DNA from: an uncultured bacterium
GTDB lineage: Bacteria > Armatimonadota > UBA5829
DNA length: 64,000 nucleotides
Reading direction: 5' to 3'
Assembly: GCA_938074205.1 (NCBI GenBank)
Contig: CALJES010000012.1
Location: 278,840-342,839 of the forward strand
The notes beneath the pieces were generated by a model, which saw nothing but the letters and a program-made list of their open reading frames with translations, made no database searches and was not told the origin of the DNA. Shown piece after piece: positions 1 to 10,370 of this stretch. The translations under genes and the position numbers were made by a program. Each line of letters begins with the position of its first letter. Positions within the stretch are counted from its first letter, which is position 1.

Positions 1-398
1 CTTTGTTCGCAGCAGACTTCTTGCGTAGCAGCGCTGCTCAGTCGCATATCGGCAGATTGATCGAGGCCGCAGCCGGTGGAAAACTGGCAGATGTGGTAGT
101 TGTTGCCCAGCGGAAGCTGGCGCTCAATCTAATGCTTGTATCAACAAGTGTCTGGAGCAAATTGCTGGGGCTGAGTATAGCAGCTTCAGCGGTTATTTAC
201 CTAGTTTCGAGGAGCACACTCTCAGCTGACTCGAAGGTAGGCAGTAAGATCGACAGTGTCGCCCTGAAGGGTGGAGCTGTTGCTGTGTTTGCAGCTTTTA
301 TCTTCAATGACTCAGGTGTTCTGGCGGCAGCCTCTTGCGCGGTTGTACTTTGGTCTTATATGGCATTATGGTACCACGATCTAGCCAAAGCATCTTGA
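1..398 (+). CDS. Membrane protein, C-terminal part (5' end outside window)
   Basis: Open frame to TGA at 398 with several hydrophobic segments (…FIFNDSGVLAAA…). Confidence 0.6.
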   Translation, partial: LFAADFLRSSAAQSHIGRLIEAAAGGKLADVVVVAQRKLALNLMLVSTSVWSKLLGLSIAASAVIYLVSRSTLSADSKVGSKIDSVALKGGAVAVFAAFIFNDSGVLAAASCAVVLWSYMALWYHDLAKAS

Positions 399-423
399 AA
401 GCCGCAAAAAGCAGAAAGTTAGA

Positions 424-1239
424 ATGTGCATTCTACCGTCGAAGGTGACCGGGCAAAAAGATCCTGTGATCGTTCTGCTCCGCGAGCTAACTACTGAAGA
501 GGGGCGGAGAGCGAGAAATCTGTTCTTTGCCGAAGGAGAGGAACTGGTCAACCGAGCTTTTGACTTTGGGGCTGTTGTTCATAGCGTGATTCTTTCCGAA
601 AAGTTTGCCTCTTCTGAGCCCGCTAAAGCGTTGGTCAACAAAGCTAGTGCCTATTGTACGCCTGTGTACACCGCTTCTGAGGGACTGATCGCCAAGGTCC
701 TGCAAGCGAAGCCAACACCTGAATGCCTTGCCATTGTAGAGCGCAGGCTGGTATCGCTTAGCCAGGTCTTTTCTGCTGATTGTCCTCTTCTCATAATGGT
801 CGAGGCAGGCGAAAACGCAGACAATCTCGGAATGCTACTCCGCTCTGCTGAGGCGGCAGGAGTTAGCGGTGTGGTTCTGGCAGCGGACACGGTGGACCCA
901 TTTTGTCGGCGAGCGGTTAGGGGCTCACGCGGAGCAGTGTTTGCGCTGCCGTTGTGTATTCAGAAGAACCCTGCTCGAGTCATAGAAGCAGCACGCGAGA
1001 ATGGGCTTCAAGTCGTGGCAAGCTCAGCTTGGGCTGACACCGAATATGTGCACGTAGACTTGAGGAAGCCGACCCTGCTCATAGTCGGAAACGAGCATCG
1101 TGGTATCTCAGACGTAGTGCGCAGTATGTCGGACCAAGTTGTTCGCATACCGATGCTCGGGCGTATCAACTCGTTGAATATTGCTGTTGCCGCGAGCATT
1201 CTTATGTTCGAGGCGGTGAGGCAACAACAGCTCTCTTAG
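424..1239 (+). CDS. TrmH/SpoU family RNA 2'-O-methyltransferase
   Basis: SPOUT motifs NLGMLLRSA, IVGNEHRGIS, IPMLGRINSLNIAVA; N-terminal substrate-binding domain. Confidence 0.9.
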   Translation: MCILPSKVTGQKDPVIVLLRELTTEEGRRARNLFFAEGEELVNRAFDFGAVVHSVILSEKFASSEPAKALVNKASAYCTPVYTASEGLIAKVLQAKPTPECLAIVERRLVSLSQVFSADCPLLIMVEAGENADNLGMLLRSAEAAGVSGVVLAADTVDPFCRRAVRGSRGAVFALPLCIQKNPARVIEAARENGLQVVASSAWADTEYVHVDLRKPTLLIVGNEHRGISDVVRSMSDQVVRIPMLGRINSLNIAVAASILMFEAVRQQQLS

Positions 1240-1316
1240 CGAGTGCTGCGACGCGCGTGGCAGACGCAGAAGGGCGGCACTTCTAGCGTCTCACATCTCT
1301 CGACTATGCTCGACTG

Positions 1317-1325
1317 TGTTATAAT
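1317..1325 (+). promoter_or_regulatory. Extended -10 promoter of kdsD operon
   Basis: TG-T-TATAAT about 20 nt upstream of ATG 1347. Confidence 0.55.
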
Positions 1326-1346
1326 TTCCTCTGGGTAATCGCATCA

Positions 1347-2345
1347 ATGGTCACATCATCCACCTTCACAGAAGAAGACAAAATCAAAGCTCTCGAACGC
1401 GCCCGCCAGACCCTCAGAAGCGAGGCTGAGGGCATTCTCAAACTGATCGACCGTCTTGGCGACTCGTTTGTTCAAGCTGTTGAGATGATTCTGACTTGCC
1501 GGGGTAGGCTGGTCGTAACCGGAATGGGCAAGTCCGGCGCGATTGGCAAGAAGCTGGCTGGTACGTTTTCGAGCACCGGTACGCCTTCTCTCTTCCTTCA
1601 TCCTGCTGAGGGCATTCATGGTGACCTGGGGATGGTTACCGGAGAAGATGTGGTTCTCGCCATATCCAATAGCGGAGAGTCGGAAGAGCTTGTAAAAATA
1701 CTGCCGGCAATTGCCCGTATTGGCGCGAAGTTGATCGCGATGGTGGGACGAACCAAATCCACGCTTGCTAGGTATGCCGAAGTGGTTTTGAACGTGTCGG
1801 TCGATTCCGAAGCTTGTCCCCTGGACCTAGCACCTACTACCAGCACTACCGCCGCACTTGCCTTGGGCGATGCTCTCGCGCTCGCAGTTATGGAAGCTCG
1901 CCGCTTCACCAAAGATGATTATGCCTTGCTTCACCCGGGTGGAACTCTGGGCCGAAGGCTGCTTCTGCGTGTGTGCGATGTGATGCGCACGGGTGATGCG
2001 GTAGCCATCGTCAGCAAAGAAGCTCTGCTGCGAGATGCGATGTTCGCAATTACTCGTGCGGGTGCTGGCGCGGCTTGCATCGTTGACGAAGAGGGCAAAC
2101 TGGTCGGAATAATCACCGACGGGGACATACGCCGAGCCTTGCTTGCAGACGAGCGAGCACTACAGAAAAAGGCATACGAGGTAATGACTCCCAATCCACT
2201 TACAATTACCCCCGACCGACTTGCCACAGAAGGTTTGCGTCAGATGCAGGGACCTCCTAAAATAGGCGAAATGCCTGTCCTCGTCGAAGGCCGACCTGTT
2301 GGTATGCTGATGCTCAAGGATCTTGTGGATGCAGGCATTGTGTAG
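1347..2345 (+). CDS. kdsD: Arabinose-5-phosphate isomerase (KpsF/GutQ, SIS + 2 CBS)
   Basis: GMGKSG, HPAEGIHGDLG, APTTST, HPGGTLG, C-terminal CBS pair; followed by kdsC. Confidence 0.93.
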   Translation: MVTSSTFTEEDKIKALERARQTLRSEAEGILKLIDRLGDSFVQAVEMILTCRGRLVVTGMGKSGAIGKKLAGTFSSTGTPSLFLHPAEGIHGDLGMVTGEDVVLAISNSGESEELVKILPAIARIGAKLIAMVGRTKSTLARYAEVVLNVSVDSEACPLDLAPTTSTTAALALGDALALAVMEARRFTKDDYALLHPGGTLGRRLLLRVCDVMRTGDAVAIVSKEALLRDAMFAITRAGAGAACIVDEEGKLVGIITDGDIRRALLADERALQKKAYEVMTPNPLTITPDRLATEGLRQMQGPPKIGEMPVLVEGRPVGMLMLKDLVDAGIV

Positions 2346-2382
2346 TGCGGCTTGTGCACAGAGGTGATGACGGAGCTCTTCG

Positions 2383-2964
2383 GTGAAAAAAGATAAGAAC
2401 CACTTGCAAAAAAGGCTCGCGAATGTGAAGTTGCTCGCGATGGACGTGGACGGCACACTCACTGACGGCGCGATGGTCGTTCAAGATGGCCATCAAATCA
2501 AGTTCTTCCACGCCCACGACGGGTTGGGAATCCGCTTGGCAATGAACCACGGCATCAAGATTGCATGGATTACTGGAAACCTTTCGTCGGCAGTAGCCGA
2601 CAGGGCTAGAGCGTTGGGCGTGACTGATCTTTTCCAGAATTGTTGGGTCAAGTCAAGGGCGATCGACGAACTAGCAGATCGCTATGGGCTTGATCCTGAG
2701 GAAATAGCCTTTATGGGCGACGACCTCAACGATTTACCTGCTTTTGAACGCGTTGGCTTGGCGATAGCTGTCGCCAACGCCACTGATGAAGTGAAGAAAC
2801 AGGCTCACTGCGTCACTAGTCGTCCTGGGGGTCGCGGGGCTGTGCGAGAGGCTGTCGAGATGATCCTCAAGGCTCGCGGCGAATGGGAGGATGCAGTGGC
2901 TCGTTTCCTGGAAGCACTGGAAGTTCAAGAAGCTGAGGGCGGCGGTCCGGAGGCGGTCGCTTGA
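2383..2964 (+). CDS. kdsC: KDO 8-phosphate phosphatase (HAD)
   Basis: DVDGTLTDG, HDGLGI, GDDLND, GGRGAVRE. Confidence 0.9.
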   Translation: MKKDKNHLQKRLANVKLLAMDVDGTLTDGAMVVQDGHQIKFFHAHDGLGIRLAMNHGIKIAWITGNLSSAVADRARALGVTDLFQNCWVKSRAIDELADRYGLDPEEIAFMGDDLNDLPAFERVGLAIAVANATDEVKKQAHCVTSRPGGRGAVREAVEMILKARGEWEDAVARFLEALEVQEAEGGGPEAVA

Positions 2965-3725
2965 CGCCGCGGCTGACGATTTTTCACACATCAGATATTC
3001 ACAATCGCTTGACTCCTGAGCGAGCACGTTTCCTTGCGGACCTCAAGAGCAGTGTGCCGGACAGCTTGATGCTGGATTCAGGCGATGCAATTTGGGCGGG
3101 GAACATATTCTGGAGGCCACGTGGAGAGCCTGTCCTAGACCTTATGAACCAGGTTCCCTATGATGCAATGTGCCTTGGTAACCGCGAATTCCATTTCACC
3201 GCCGTGGGACTCCGGTCCAAGACCTCTCGGGCGCGATTTCCTATTCTGAGTGCCAACTTGCGTCATACGCGCTCTGCGGACGATGACGGACCAGCATTGT
3301 CGGAGGACAACCTGAAGTCGCACATTATAGTGGAGCGTGCGGGACTCCGCATTTGCATCTTGGGTCTTTCAGTGCCGTGCATAACGGAACAAATGGCCAT
3401 TAGGCGGATCTCCGACTATTTCTTCTTGGATCCGATTGAAGCAGCCTCGAAGCTCGTGCCCAGCCTTCAAGCTGAGTGCCACCTTGTCATAGCTCTGACC
3501 CATATAGGGTTGCACAATGACTTGAGGCTGGCTAAGAGCGTTCCAGGAATAAACATCATCCTTGGTGGTCACACTCACACGATGTCAGAAGAGGTTTGTG
3601 GCGAACGGGCCGTGCCGGTTTTGCACCACGGTTATCACTGCAAGTATGTCGGCAGGGTTGATTTGGTCATTTCTGCGGATGGCATTCACATAACAAGGTC
3701 GCTCATACCTCTTAACGGAGAGTAG
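2961..3725 (+). CDS. Calcineurin-like metallophosphoesterase (5'-nucleotidase N-domain type)
   Basis: HTSDIH, DSGD, LGNREF, LTHIG, GGHTH. Confidence 0.85.
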   Translation: MTPRLTIFHTSDIHNRLTPERARFLADLKSSVPDSLMLDSGDAIWAGNIFWRPRGEPVLDLMNQVPYDAMCLGNREFHFTAVGLRSKTSRARFPILSANLRHTRSADDDGPALSEDNLKSHIIVERAGLRICILGLSVPCITEQMAIRRISDYFFLDPIEAASKLVPSLQAECHLVIALTHIGLHNDLRLAKSVPGINIILGGHTHTMSEEVCGERAVPVLHHGYHCKYVGRVDLVISADGIHITRSLIPLNGE

Positions 3726-3728
3726 ATA

Positions 3729-5573
3729 GTGGAGAGCTTGGCGGCGGTGTGCTTGTCTGGTCTGGTGCTTTTCGCTGCGTCGGGTTTGGGACGTATGGCG
3801 CGCACTCGCCGACTCGAGCGGGAGGAATCGCTGGACGAGCGGTTTCTGTACGACACTGTTGTTGGTATGGGCATCCTCTCGCTTCTAATGTTTGTCCTGG
3901 CTGCCCTACATTTGCTTCACTGCAGATGGATCCCCGCCGCTGTGTGCGGTCTAGGCTTACTGGGAGTGGGGATATGGCTGCCTGAGATTGTAAACGGCGT
4001 GGCTCGGTTTTTCAGGCGGGAGCGGAGTAAATCTCATGTACTGTGCGGGCTGTTGTTATTGGCCCTGTTCGTTAGTGCGTTTGTTCCAGCTGTAGCGCCT
4101 CCGGCCATGAGTGATTGGGATTCACTGGCTTACCACATGGCAGTTGTGAAGCTTTGGGTAAAACGCGGCGGCTTTTACTACATCGATTTTGTCTCCCATT
4201 CCAATTTTCCGTTCCTCTTGGAGATGCTGTACGTCCCCGGTATTATGATAGACCAGCCAGGCGCTGCGAAGCTGGTGCATTATTGGGTGGGGGTGTTACT
4301 GGTAACTGCGGTCGTCGTCCTAGCCAGGCGCCACATATCAAGAGGGTCTGCGTGGCCATCGGCTTTGGCATTGGCCGGTATGCCGATAGTATTGTGGGAA
4401 GCAACCACTGCGTACATAGACCTGGCAACTGCGTTGTACACTGTGGTGAGCGTCTGTTTGCTTTTGAACTACTTCGACACTTCGGACCGGCACTACCTAA
4501 CGGCAAGCGCTGTTTGCACGGGTTTTGCCGCTTCGACTAAGATGACAGGACTTCTGCTCATCCCCCTGCTGTTTTTGTGGTTAGTGATAGACAGGCGGTT
4601 CTTGGAAAGGCAGTTCATTCTCAAAGATGCTGCGCGGTTTGCGGTTTTGGCAATCGCCGTGTGTTCTCCTTGGTATGTGAAAACTCTCGTATACACCGGA
4701 AACCCCGTGTATCCGTTCTTTTATCGACTGTTCGACGGGAGAGACTGGAGTCTTGAGCTTGCGCGAAATTATTCTATGCTCCAGCGTGAATTTGGATTGG
4801 GGCGCAGTGTTCATGCCTTTCTAACCCTGCCGTACGACCTAACATTTCGCTCGGATGCCTTTTACGATACGCCAGGATTATACGTGGGTCCGCTCTTCTT
4901 GGCTGCGGTTCCGGTGTTGATTGTAGCGCGATGCGGATCGAAAAAACTCGCAGGGCTGCTGTGTCTTTTTGCTGCACAGTTGGTTGTGTGGTTCGCAATG
5001 ACTCAGCAGAGCCGATACCTTATACCGGCTTTAGCATTACTGGCACCACTCGCCTCAGGCTTATTGTGGCGCGATATGAGGCTTCAGAAAGCACGATCGG
5101 CCTGGTGGACGATGGTGATCGCAACCGCGCTTTTCGGACTCGTAACCCTTGTGCCTGGACTCAGCCAATCCCTGCCATACATGCTCGGTGTACAGGACCG
5201 TGATGAATATCTGACAAAGGCTTTGGATATATATCCGGCAGTGAAATTTGCCAACGAGAATCTGCCGGCAAACTCAAAGCTTGCTTTGTTCGGCGACACA
5301 AGGGGATTTTATTTAGACTGCGACTATGTGTGGGCAGACTACGGTCACAACCTGCGTTTCAGCGAGCACTGTGCTTCGTTAGAAGAATTTCTCCATTTAC
5401 TTAAATCCAACAACGTGACACACGTGTTAGTGAATTTCAGGTTCTTTCCTAGGGAGCAGGACGCCGTAGGAAACGCTAAATTGGTGTACCAAGCTATTCG
5501 CACGGGTAGATTCGAGCCAATATATCCGCGCTCATACGACGGCGGAAGTGCCGCGATATTTCGAATCAGATGA
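3729..5573 (+). CDS. GT-C (ArnT/PMT-like) polytopic glycosyltransferase
   Basis: Many TM segments, WDSLAYH loop, GNPVYP and RYLIP motifs; coupled to a GT2 gene. Confidence 0.75.
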   Translation: MESLAAVCLSGLVLFAASGLGRMARTRRLEREESLDERFLYDTVVGMGILSLLMFVLAALHLLHCRWIPAAVCGLGLLGVGIWLPEIVNGVARFFRRERSKSHVLCGLLLLALFVSAFVPAVAPPAMSDWDSLAYHMAVVKLWVKRGGFYYIDFVSHSNFPFLLEMLYVPGIMIDQPGAAKLVHYWVGVLLVTAVVVLARRHISRGSAWPSALALAGMPIVLWEATTAYIDLATALYTVVSVCLLLNYFDTSDRHYLTASAVCTGFAASTKMTGLLLIPLLFLWLVIDRRFLERQFILKDAARFAVLAIAVCSPWYVKTLVYTGNPVYPFFYRLFDGRDWSLELARNYSMLQREFGLGRSVHAFLTLPYDLTFRSDAFYDTPGLYVGPLFLAAVPVLIVARCGSKKLAGLLCLFAAQLVVWFAMTQQSRYLIPALALLAPLASGLLWRDMRLQKARSAWWTMVIATALFGLVTLVPGLSQSLPYMLGVQDRDEYLTKALDIYPAVKFANENLPANSKLALFGDTRGFYLDCDYVWADYGHNLRFSEHCASLEEFLHLLKSNNVTHVLVNFRFFPREQDAVGNAKLVYQAIRTGRFEPIYPRSYDGGSAAIFRIR

Positions 5574-6241
5574 AACTCTCGATCATTATACCTGCGTACA
5601 ACGAGATAGATACTATCGGAGAGGTGCTGGAACGCGTTCGCGCGCAGCCGTTCGATAAAGAAATAATAGTCGCGGATGACGCCTCCACAGACGGCACACG
5701 GGAGTTTCTTAGGACGCAGCCCGATGTTAAGCTGGTGGAGCAGCCTTGTCAGATGGGCAAGGGTTGTGCTATACGTGCTGCGCTGGAAGAAGTAGGCGGA
5801 GACATAGTACTTATTCAGGACGCAGACCTCGAGTACAACCCAGACGATTACGCGGCTCTCATCGCACCGATTGTTGAAGGCAGAGCCGACATGGTCTACG
5901 GAACGCGATTTGCCCATGGCAGACCCAAGATGCGCTTGATTAACTACATCGCAAATCGAATATTCGCCTGGCTGGCTACGCTCTTGTACCGCACAAAGGT
6001 AACCGACGAGGCAACTTGCTACAAAGCATTTCGCACTGAGGTTCTCAAGAGCATTGATCTTCGATGCAAGCGATTCGAGTTTTGCCCTGAAGTTACTGCT
6101 CGACTCCTCAAGCGTGGCTATCGATATGCAGAGGTGCCGGTACGCTATGAAGCTCGGACGCACGCTCAGGGCAAAAAGATCAAATGGTACGACGGGCTGG
6201 AGTGTATTTGGACGCTGATAAAGTACAGGTTTGTCGGCTGA
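5570..6241 (+). CDS. GT2 glycosyltransferase (polyprenol-phosphate glycosyl synthase-like)
   Basis: IIIPAYNE, DDASTDGT, GKG, QDADLEY, GKKI. Confidence 0.9.
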   Translation: MKLSIIIPAYNEIDTIGEVLERVRAQPFDKEIIVADDASTDGTREFLRTQPDVKLVEQPCQMGKGCAIRAALEEVGGDIVLIQDADLEYNPDDYAALIAPIVEGRADMVYGTRFAHGRPKMRLINYIANRIFAWLATLLYRTKVTDEATCYKAFRTEVLKSIDLRCKRFEFCPEVTARLLKRGYRYAEVPVRYEARTHAQGKKIKWYDGLECIWTLIKYRFVG

Positions 6242-6350
6242 GTTGGTTAGAATGAACGATATAGTTGTGTCGAGCGTCTTTAAGATAGGGTATAGTAAGT
6301 ACGGTCGAACTCTTCTGTCATATAGGCAGCTAGGTTATGCGAGGTCAGAG

Positions 6351-7139
6351 ATGAAGAGGACTTACTACCGCTTGGCTTTTATAACCGTGTTCCTGACGGT
6401 GCTTGCAGCAGCGTCGGCTTTTTCTGAAGAGCAACCACGAGTGGCAGGAGCGGAAAAGATAGTGAACCTAGAACTAAAAGATGTCTCGATCGAAGATGCT
6501 ATTGACGCCATCTTCCGGGGTAGCAATGTGCCATACGCTGTCCGTCCGGGAGTTACTGGTAGAGTGAAGGAGCTAAAACTGCACGGTCTAACCGTAGATG
6601 ATGCCATCAAAGCGTTAGTCGATGCCGCCAAGCTATCGGTGCGCATTGAAAACGGTGTCTACGTAATCGAACCGAAAACGGGGACGAGTGATACCGAGTC
6701 GAGAGTCGTGATCGGCAAGAGATCCTCTGCCACCGAAACACAATCCGAAAAGCAAACGTCTTCCGCCGAACAGCCGGGGTTAGCAGATCAGTCCTCATCT
6801 ACTCAGCAGCAAGCTCAAGCTGAGTCACCCCAGGTGCCAGCAATTGACGAATGGAATGCCGTAGCTCCGCCGGGATATTATCCGCAACCTCTCGGACCTT
6901 ATGGAGAGCCGTATGGTTACTATCCGTATTACTTCCCTTACAGGCCATCATATCAGCTTGGTCAACTTCAGATTCTCGGCGGGCGACTGCCGATAATCAT
7001 TTCCGAACCCGGAATACCGCCTTCAGCATTCCGAGGTAGGCTTGGAGGTCCGCGGCGGCCGGTCGTTCCGTATGGACCTGTCGGGGGTTGGCTGGTTCCG
7101 GAGGCTCCTATAGTACCGTATCCGATTTACCCGTGGTAA
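6351..7139 (+). CDS. Secreted STN-like (secretin/TonB N-terminal) domain protein with Pro/Tyr-rich tail
   Basis: Start re-assigned to ATG 6351 (GAGGT RBS, signal peptide); VNLELKDVSIEDAI…VRPGVTGRV…IENGVYVI. Confidence 0.6.
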   Translation: MKRTYYRLAFITVFLTVLAAASAFSEEQPRVAGAEKIVNLELKDVSIEDAIDAIFRGSNVPYAVRPGVTGRVKELKLHGLTVDDAIKALVDAAKLSVRIENGVYVIEPKTGTSDTESRVVIGKRSSATETQSEKQTSSAEQPGLADQSSSTQQQAQAESPQVPAIDEWNAVAPPGYYPQPLGPYGEPYGYYPYYFPYRPSYQLGQLQILGGRLPIIISEPGIPPSAFRGRLGGPRRPVVPYGPVGGWLVPEAPIVPYPIYPW

Positions 7140-7237
7140 CTGGTAGCTTTAAACCTTTTTTGGCTATCTGTTACACTAACCGATACTCCTTAGCTCTTTA
7201 TCTGCAAATTTTTTCTTACAAGAGCCTAACAAACCCA

Positions 7238-7266
7238 TTGACACCTCACATGTGATGTGGTACACT
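7238..7266 (+). promoter_or_regulatory. Sigma70 promoter of nrdR-nrdJ
   Basis: TTGACA-17 nt-TACACT with TGn extension. Confidence 0.75.
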
Positions 7267-7274
7267 ACCCCACG

Positions 7275-7290
7275 ACGCTACACCTAGCGT
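7275..7290. promoter_or_regulatory. Candidate NrdR box
   Basis: 16-bp ACGCTACACCTAGCGT with palindromic arms, resembling acaCwAtATaTwGtgt; weaker second copy at 7243-7258 (32 bp upstream). Confidence 0.5.
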
Positions 7291-7337
7291 TTTCAGCCCG
7301 ACGCTTGTAGGGTGCTAGAAGTCTATTAGGGCTCGAT

Positions 7338-7823
7338 ATGAAGTGTCCCTTTTGCGGCTTTCAGGAAGACAAGGTCCTCGAATCGCGTGCTGTTCGAGAT
7401 GGGGCAGCCACGCGGCGGCGGCGCGAGTGCCTTTCGTGCGGCAGGCGCTTCACCACCGTGGAAGAAGTGAAGGAGCCCACAGTTATGGTTGTTAAGCGCG
7501 ATGGTCGGCGCGAGGCGTTCGATAGAAATAAGATCTTGCGGGGTATGATGCTCGCGTGTCAGAAAAGGCCTGTGGCAACGGAGACACTGGAGGCTGCGGC
7601 GGACGAGATTGAGCGCCGAGTGTATGATTCGGGAGAGAAAGAAATATCCTCACAGCTGTTGGGCGAAATGGTGATTGATGCGCTCCACAAGATAGACCAG
7701 GTAGCCTACGTGCGCTTCGCGTCAGTTTATAGGCAGTTTGAGGATATTAGTCAGTTCAAGGAACTCGTTGAAATGCTCACCAGGCGCAGCAGACGGAAGC
7801 GTGTTCGGAGGGAGAAAGCTTAG
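7338..7823 (+). CDS. nrdR: Transcriptional repressor NrdR
   Basis: MKCPFC…RRRREC..CGRRFTT Zn ribbon + ATP cone, VAYVRFASVY. Confidence 0.96.
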   Translation: MKCPFCGFQEDKVLESRAVRDGAATRRRRECLSCGRRFTTVEEVKEPTVMVVKRDGRREAFDRNKILRGMMLACQKRPVATETLEAAADEIERRVYDSGEKEISSQLLGEMVIDALHKIDQVAYVRFASVYRQFEDISQFKELVEMLTRRSRRKRVRREKA

Positions 7824-7940
7824 GTTGACCGTTCACAACGGCTATGAGTTGCTGCGGTAGAAGTTTTTGCGCTTCGGAGGCGGAAAAATCTTCAACAAGA
7901 GTGGATTAAAGCAGATAGTATTGCTAGGAGGGCAGGTCAA

Positions 7941-10166
7941 GTGCTAACACAAAACGCACTCACCGTACTGGAAAAGAGGTATCTGAGGAAGGACGAAAAT
8001 GGAAATCTGCTCGAAGACGCCGACGGGATGTTTTGGCGCGTAGCGAATGCTGTGGCGAAGGCGGAAAGGCTTTACGGCGGTTCCGAGAAACACGTTGAGG
8101 GAGTAGCGCGCGAGTTTTATGAGATGATGCGCAGCCTAGAGTTTCTACCAAACAGCCCCACATTGATGAATGCAGGCAGAGAGTTAGGGCAGCTCTCAGC
8201 TTGCTTCGTGCTTCCAATCGAGGATTCGATGGAGAGCATTTTTGAGACAGTGAAGAACACGGCACTGATCCACAAAAGCGGAGGCGGAACGGGCTTTTCT
8301 TTCTCGCGGCTTAGACCGGCGAGAGATGTGGTTAGGAGTACTAACGGCGTGTCTAGCGGTCCCGTCTCGTTTATGGAGGTCTTCAACGCCGCTACGGAAG
8401 CCATAAAGCAGGGGGGCACGCGGCGCGGCGCCAATATGGGGTGTTTGCGAGTTGACCATCCCGACATCTTGGAGTTCATTACCTGCAAGCGCGACACTTC
8501 GCGGCTCACGAACTTCAATATCAGCGTACTACTGACTGAGGATTTCATGAAAGCAGCAATGGAGGGACGCGACTACGACTTGATAAGTCCGCGGACCGGT
8601 CAGCCCGTCAAGAAACTCAACGCGCGCAAAGTTTTCGACATGATAGTCAACATGGCTTGGTCGACCGGTGAGCCAGGCATCATCTTCATTGATCGCGTTA
8701 ACCGAGACAACCCCACTCCGAAACTTGGAGAGATTGAATCGACGAACCCTTGTGGTGAGCAACCGCTGCTTCCTTACGAGTCGTGCAACCTTGGGTCGAT
8801 CAACTTGGCTAGAATGGTTAAGGAAACGGGCGGTACGACAGATATCGACTGGGATCGCCTGCGCCGAACTGTACGGCTCGCAGTGCGTTTCCTGGATGAC
8901 GTGATCGACGTAAATCGGTATCCTCTAGAACGGATTGAGAAAATGACCCTCGGCAACCGCAAGATAGGGCTGGGCGTGATGGGTTTTGCAGACTTGCTTA
9001 TCCAGCTTGGTATACCGTATGATTCGGAAGAGGGCGTCTTGGTTGCAGAGCGCGTTATGAGCTTCATATCGAGCGAAGGCAGGAAAGCCTCAAGTGAGCT
9101 TGCGGCCGAACGCGGTGTGTTTCCGAATTTTGAGGGAAGCATATACGATAAGCCCGATGGAATGCCAGTGCGCAACGCCACTGTAACCACAATCGCGCCC
9201 ACCGGCACACTCTCCATAATAGCTGGCTGTTCGAGCGGTATAGAGCCGCTTTTTGCCGTAACCTACATAAAGCGCGTGATGGATGGCACAGATCTTCTCG
9301 AAGTGAACCCTTATTTCGAAAAAGTAGCTCGCGAGAGGGGATTCTATTCTGAAGGGCTTATGCGCAAAATCGCTGAAAAGGGCAGTGTGCGAGGGATGTC
9401 GGAGGTTCCGGAGGACGTACAAAGGATATTCGCTACGGCACTGGACATTTCTCCAACTTGGCACGTTCGCATGCAGGCCGCGTTCCAAAGATTTACCGAC
9501 AACGCGGTATCAAAAACTGTGAACTTCCCGGAGGATGCTACACCTGAAGATGTGCGGCAGGTGTTTGAACTTGCTTACAAAGAAGGATGCAAAGGGTGCA
9601 CAATATACCGCTATGGAAGTCGTGACTCGCAGGTTCTAAATGTAGCCGGCAAGGATAAAGCGAAGCAGGAGGGGTATGCCGCCGTCAGGGGTCCGAGGCC
9701 ACGTCCTACTCGAACATACGGTGCTACTGAGCGAATTAGTACCGGCTGCGGCACGATGTATGTTACAATCAATGAGGATGATCAGGGCTTGTGTGAAGTG
9801 TTTGTCGCAATGGGCAAGACCGGCGGATGCAACGCGAGCCAGCTGGAAGCTATCGGACGACTCATTTCTCTTGCCCTTCGCGCAGGAGTAGATCCCAATT
9901 CGATTCACAAGCACCTGAGGGGCATTCGCTGTCATTCGCCAGCGTGGGGCAACGGTGGAGCGGTCATGTCCTGCGCTGACGCTATCGGCATTGCCATAGA
10001 GCACTACTTGCAGGAGCGCAGAACCGGCATACCCACGGACGTAATCACTAAGCCTACGGACAAGCTTGATGTTCTGGTCGGGGCGTGTCCAGACTGTGGT
10101 TCAGCAGTAGAGCATGAATCCGGGTGCATTATTTGCAGATGCTGCGGATTCAGTAGGTGTGGTTAA
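7941..10166 (+). CDS. nrdJ: Class II (B12-dependent) ribonucleotide reductase with C-terminal TSCPD-type domain and Zn ribbon
   Basis: [53 protein letters not shown]; no intein apparent. Confidence 0.93.
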   Translation: MLTQNALTVLEKRYLRKDENGNLLEDADGMFWRVANAVAKAERLYGGSEKHVEGVAREFYEMMRSLEFLPNSPTLMNAGRELGQLSACFVLPIEDSMESIFETVKNTALIHKSGGGTGFSFSRLRPARDVVRSTNGVSSGPVSFMEVFNAATEAIKQGGTRRGANMGCLRVDHPDILEFITCKRDTSRLTNFNISVLLTEDFMKAAMEGRDYDLISPRTGQPVKKLNARKVFDMIVNMAWSTGEPGIIFIDRVNRDNPTPKLGEIESTNPCGEQPLLPYESCNLGSINLARMVKETGGTTDIDWDRLRRTVRLAVRFLDDVIDVNRYPLERIEKMTLGNRKIGLGVMGFADLLIQLGIPYDSEEGVLVAERVMSFISSEGRKASSELAAERGVFPNFEGSIYDKPDGMPVRNATVTTIAPTGTLSIIAGCSSGIEPLFAVTYIKRVMDGTDLLEVNPYFEKVARERGFYSEGLMRKIAEKGSVRGMSEVPEDVQRIFATALDISPTWHVRMQAAFQRFTDNAVSKTVNFPEDATPEDVRQVFELAYKEGCKGCTIYRYGSRDSQVLNVAGKDKAKQEGYAAVRGPRPRPTRTYGATERISTGCGTMYVTINEDDQGLCEVFVAMGKTGGCNASQLEAIGRLISLALRAGVDPNSIHKHLRGIRCHSPAWGNGGAVMSCADAIGIAIEHYLQERRTGIPTDVITKPTDKLDVLVGACPDCGSAVEHESGCIICRCCGFSRCG

Positions 10167-10327
10167 GTCTGGCGAGCTGCTAAGCATGCCAGCGTATTTT
10201 GCAGGAGGCACGTCAAGAGGCAAGGATGCCGGGGGTCGGGGAAGGGATGCCCCGGCCGCCACTGAGCCGGCATCACAGGCATTCGATTTTGCTGGGAGTA
10301 CCAAAACTAAACTAACATGTATGTTCG

Positions 10328-10358
10328 AAAGGCCTAGAGACGCAAGTCTAGGCCTTTT
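10328..10358. terminator. Bidirectional intrinsic terminator between nrdJ and GH130
   Basis: AAAGGCCTAGA / TCTAGGCCTTT 11-bp stem with T tract. Confidence 0.8.
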
Positions 10359-10370
10359 GCTTTACTGCAC

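Noticed and set aside
1299..1315. CTCGACT direct repeat upstream of the kdsD -10 element
   Set aside because: Two 7-mers only; could be a regulator site but not distinguishable from chance
7941..10166. Intein or intron in nrdJ
   Set aside because: Continuous 741-aa ORF with normal motif spacing and no splicing motifs
10200..10290. Cobalamin riboswitch (GGGAAG and GCCACTG words next to B12-dependent nrdJ)
   Set aside because: Located 3' of the gene, motifs in the wrong order, and core B12-box elements missing
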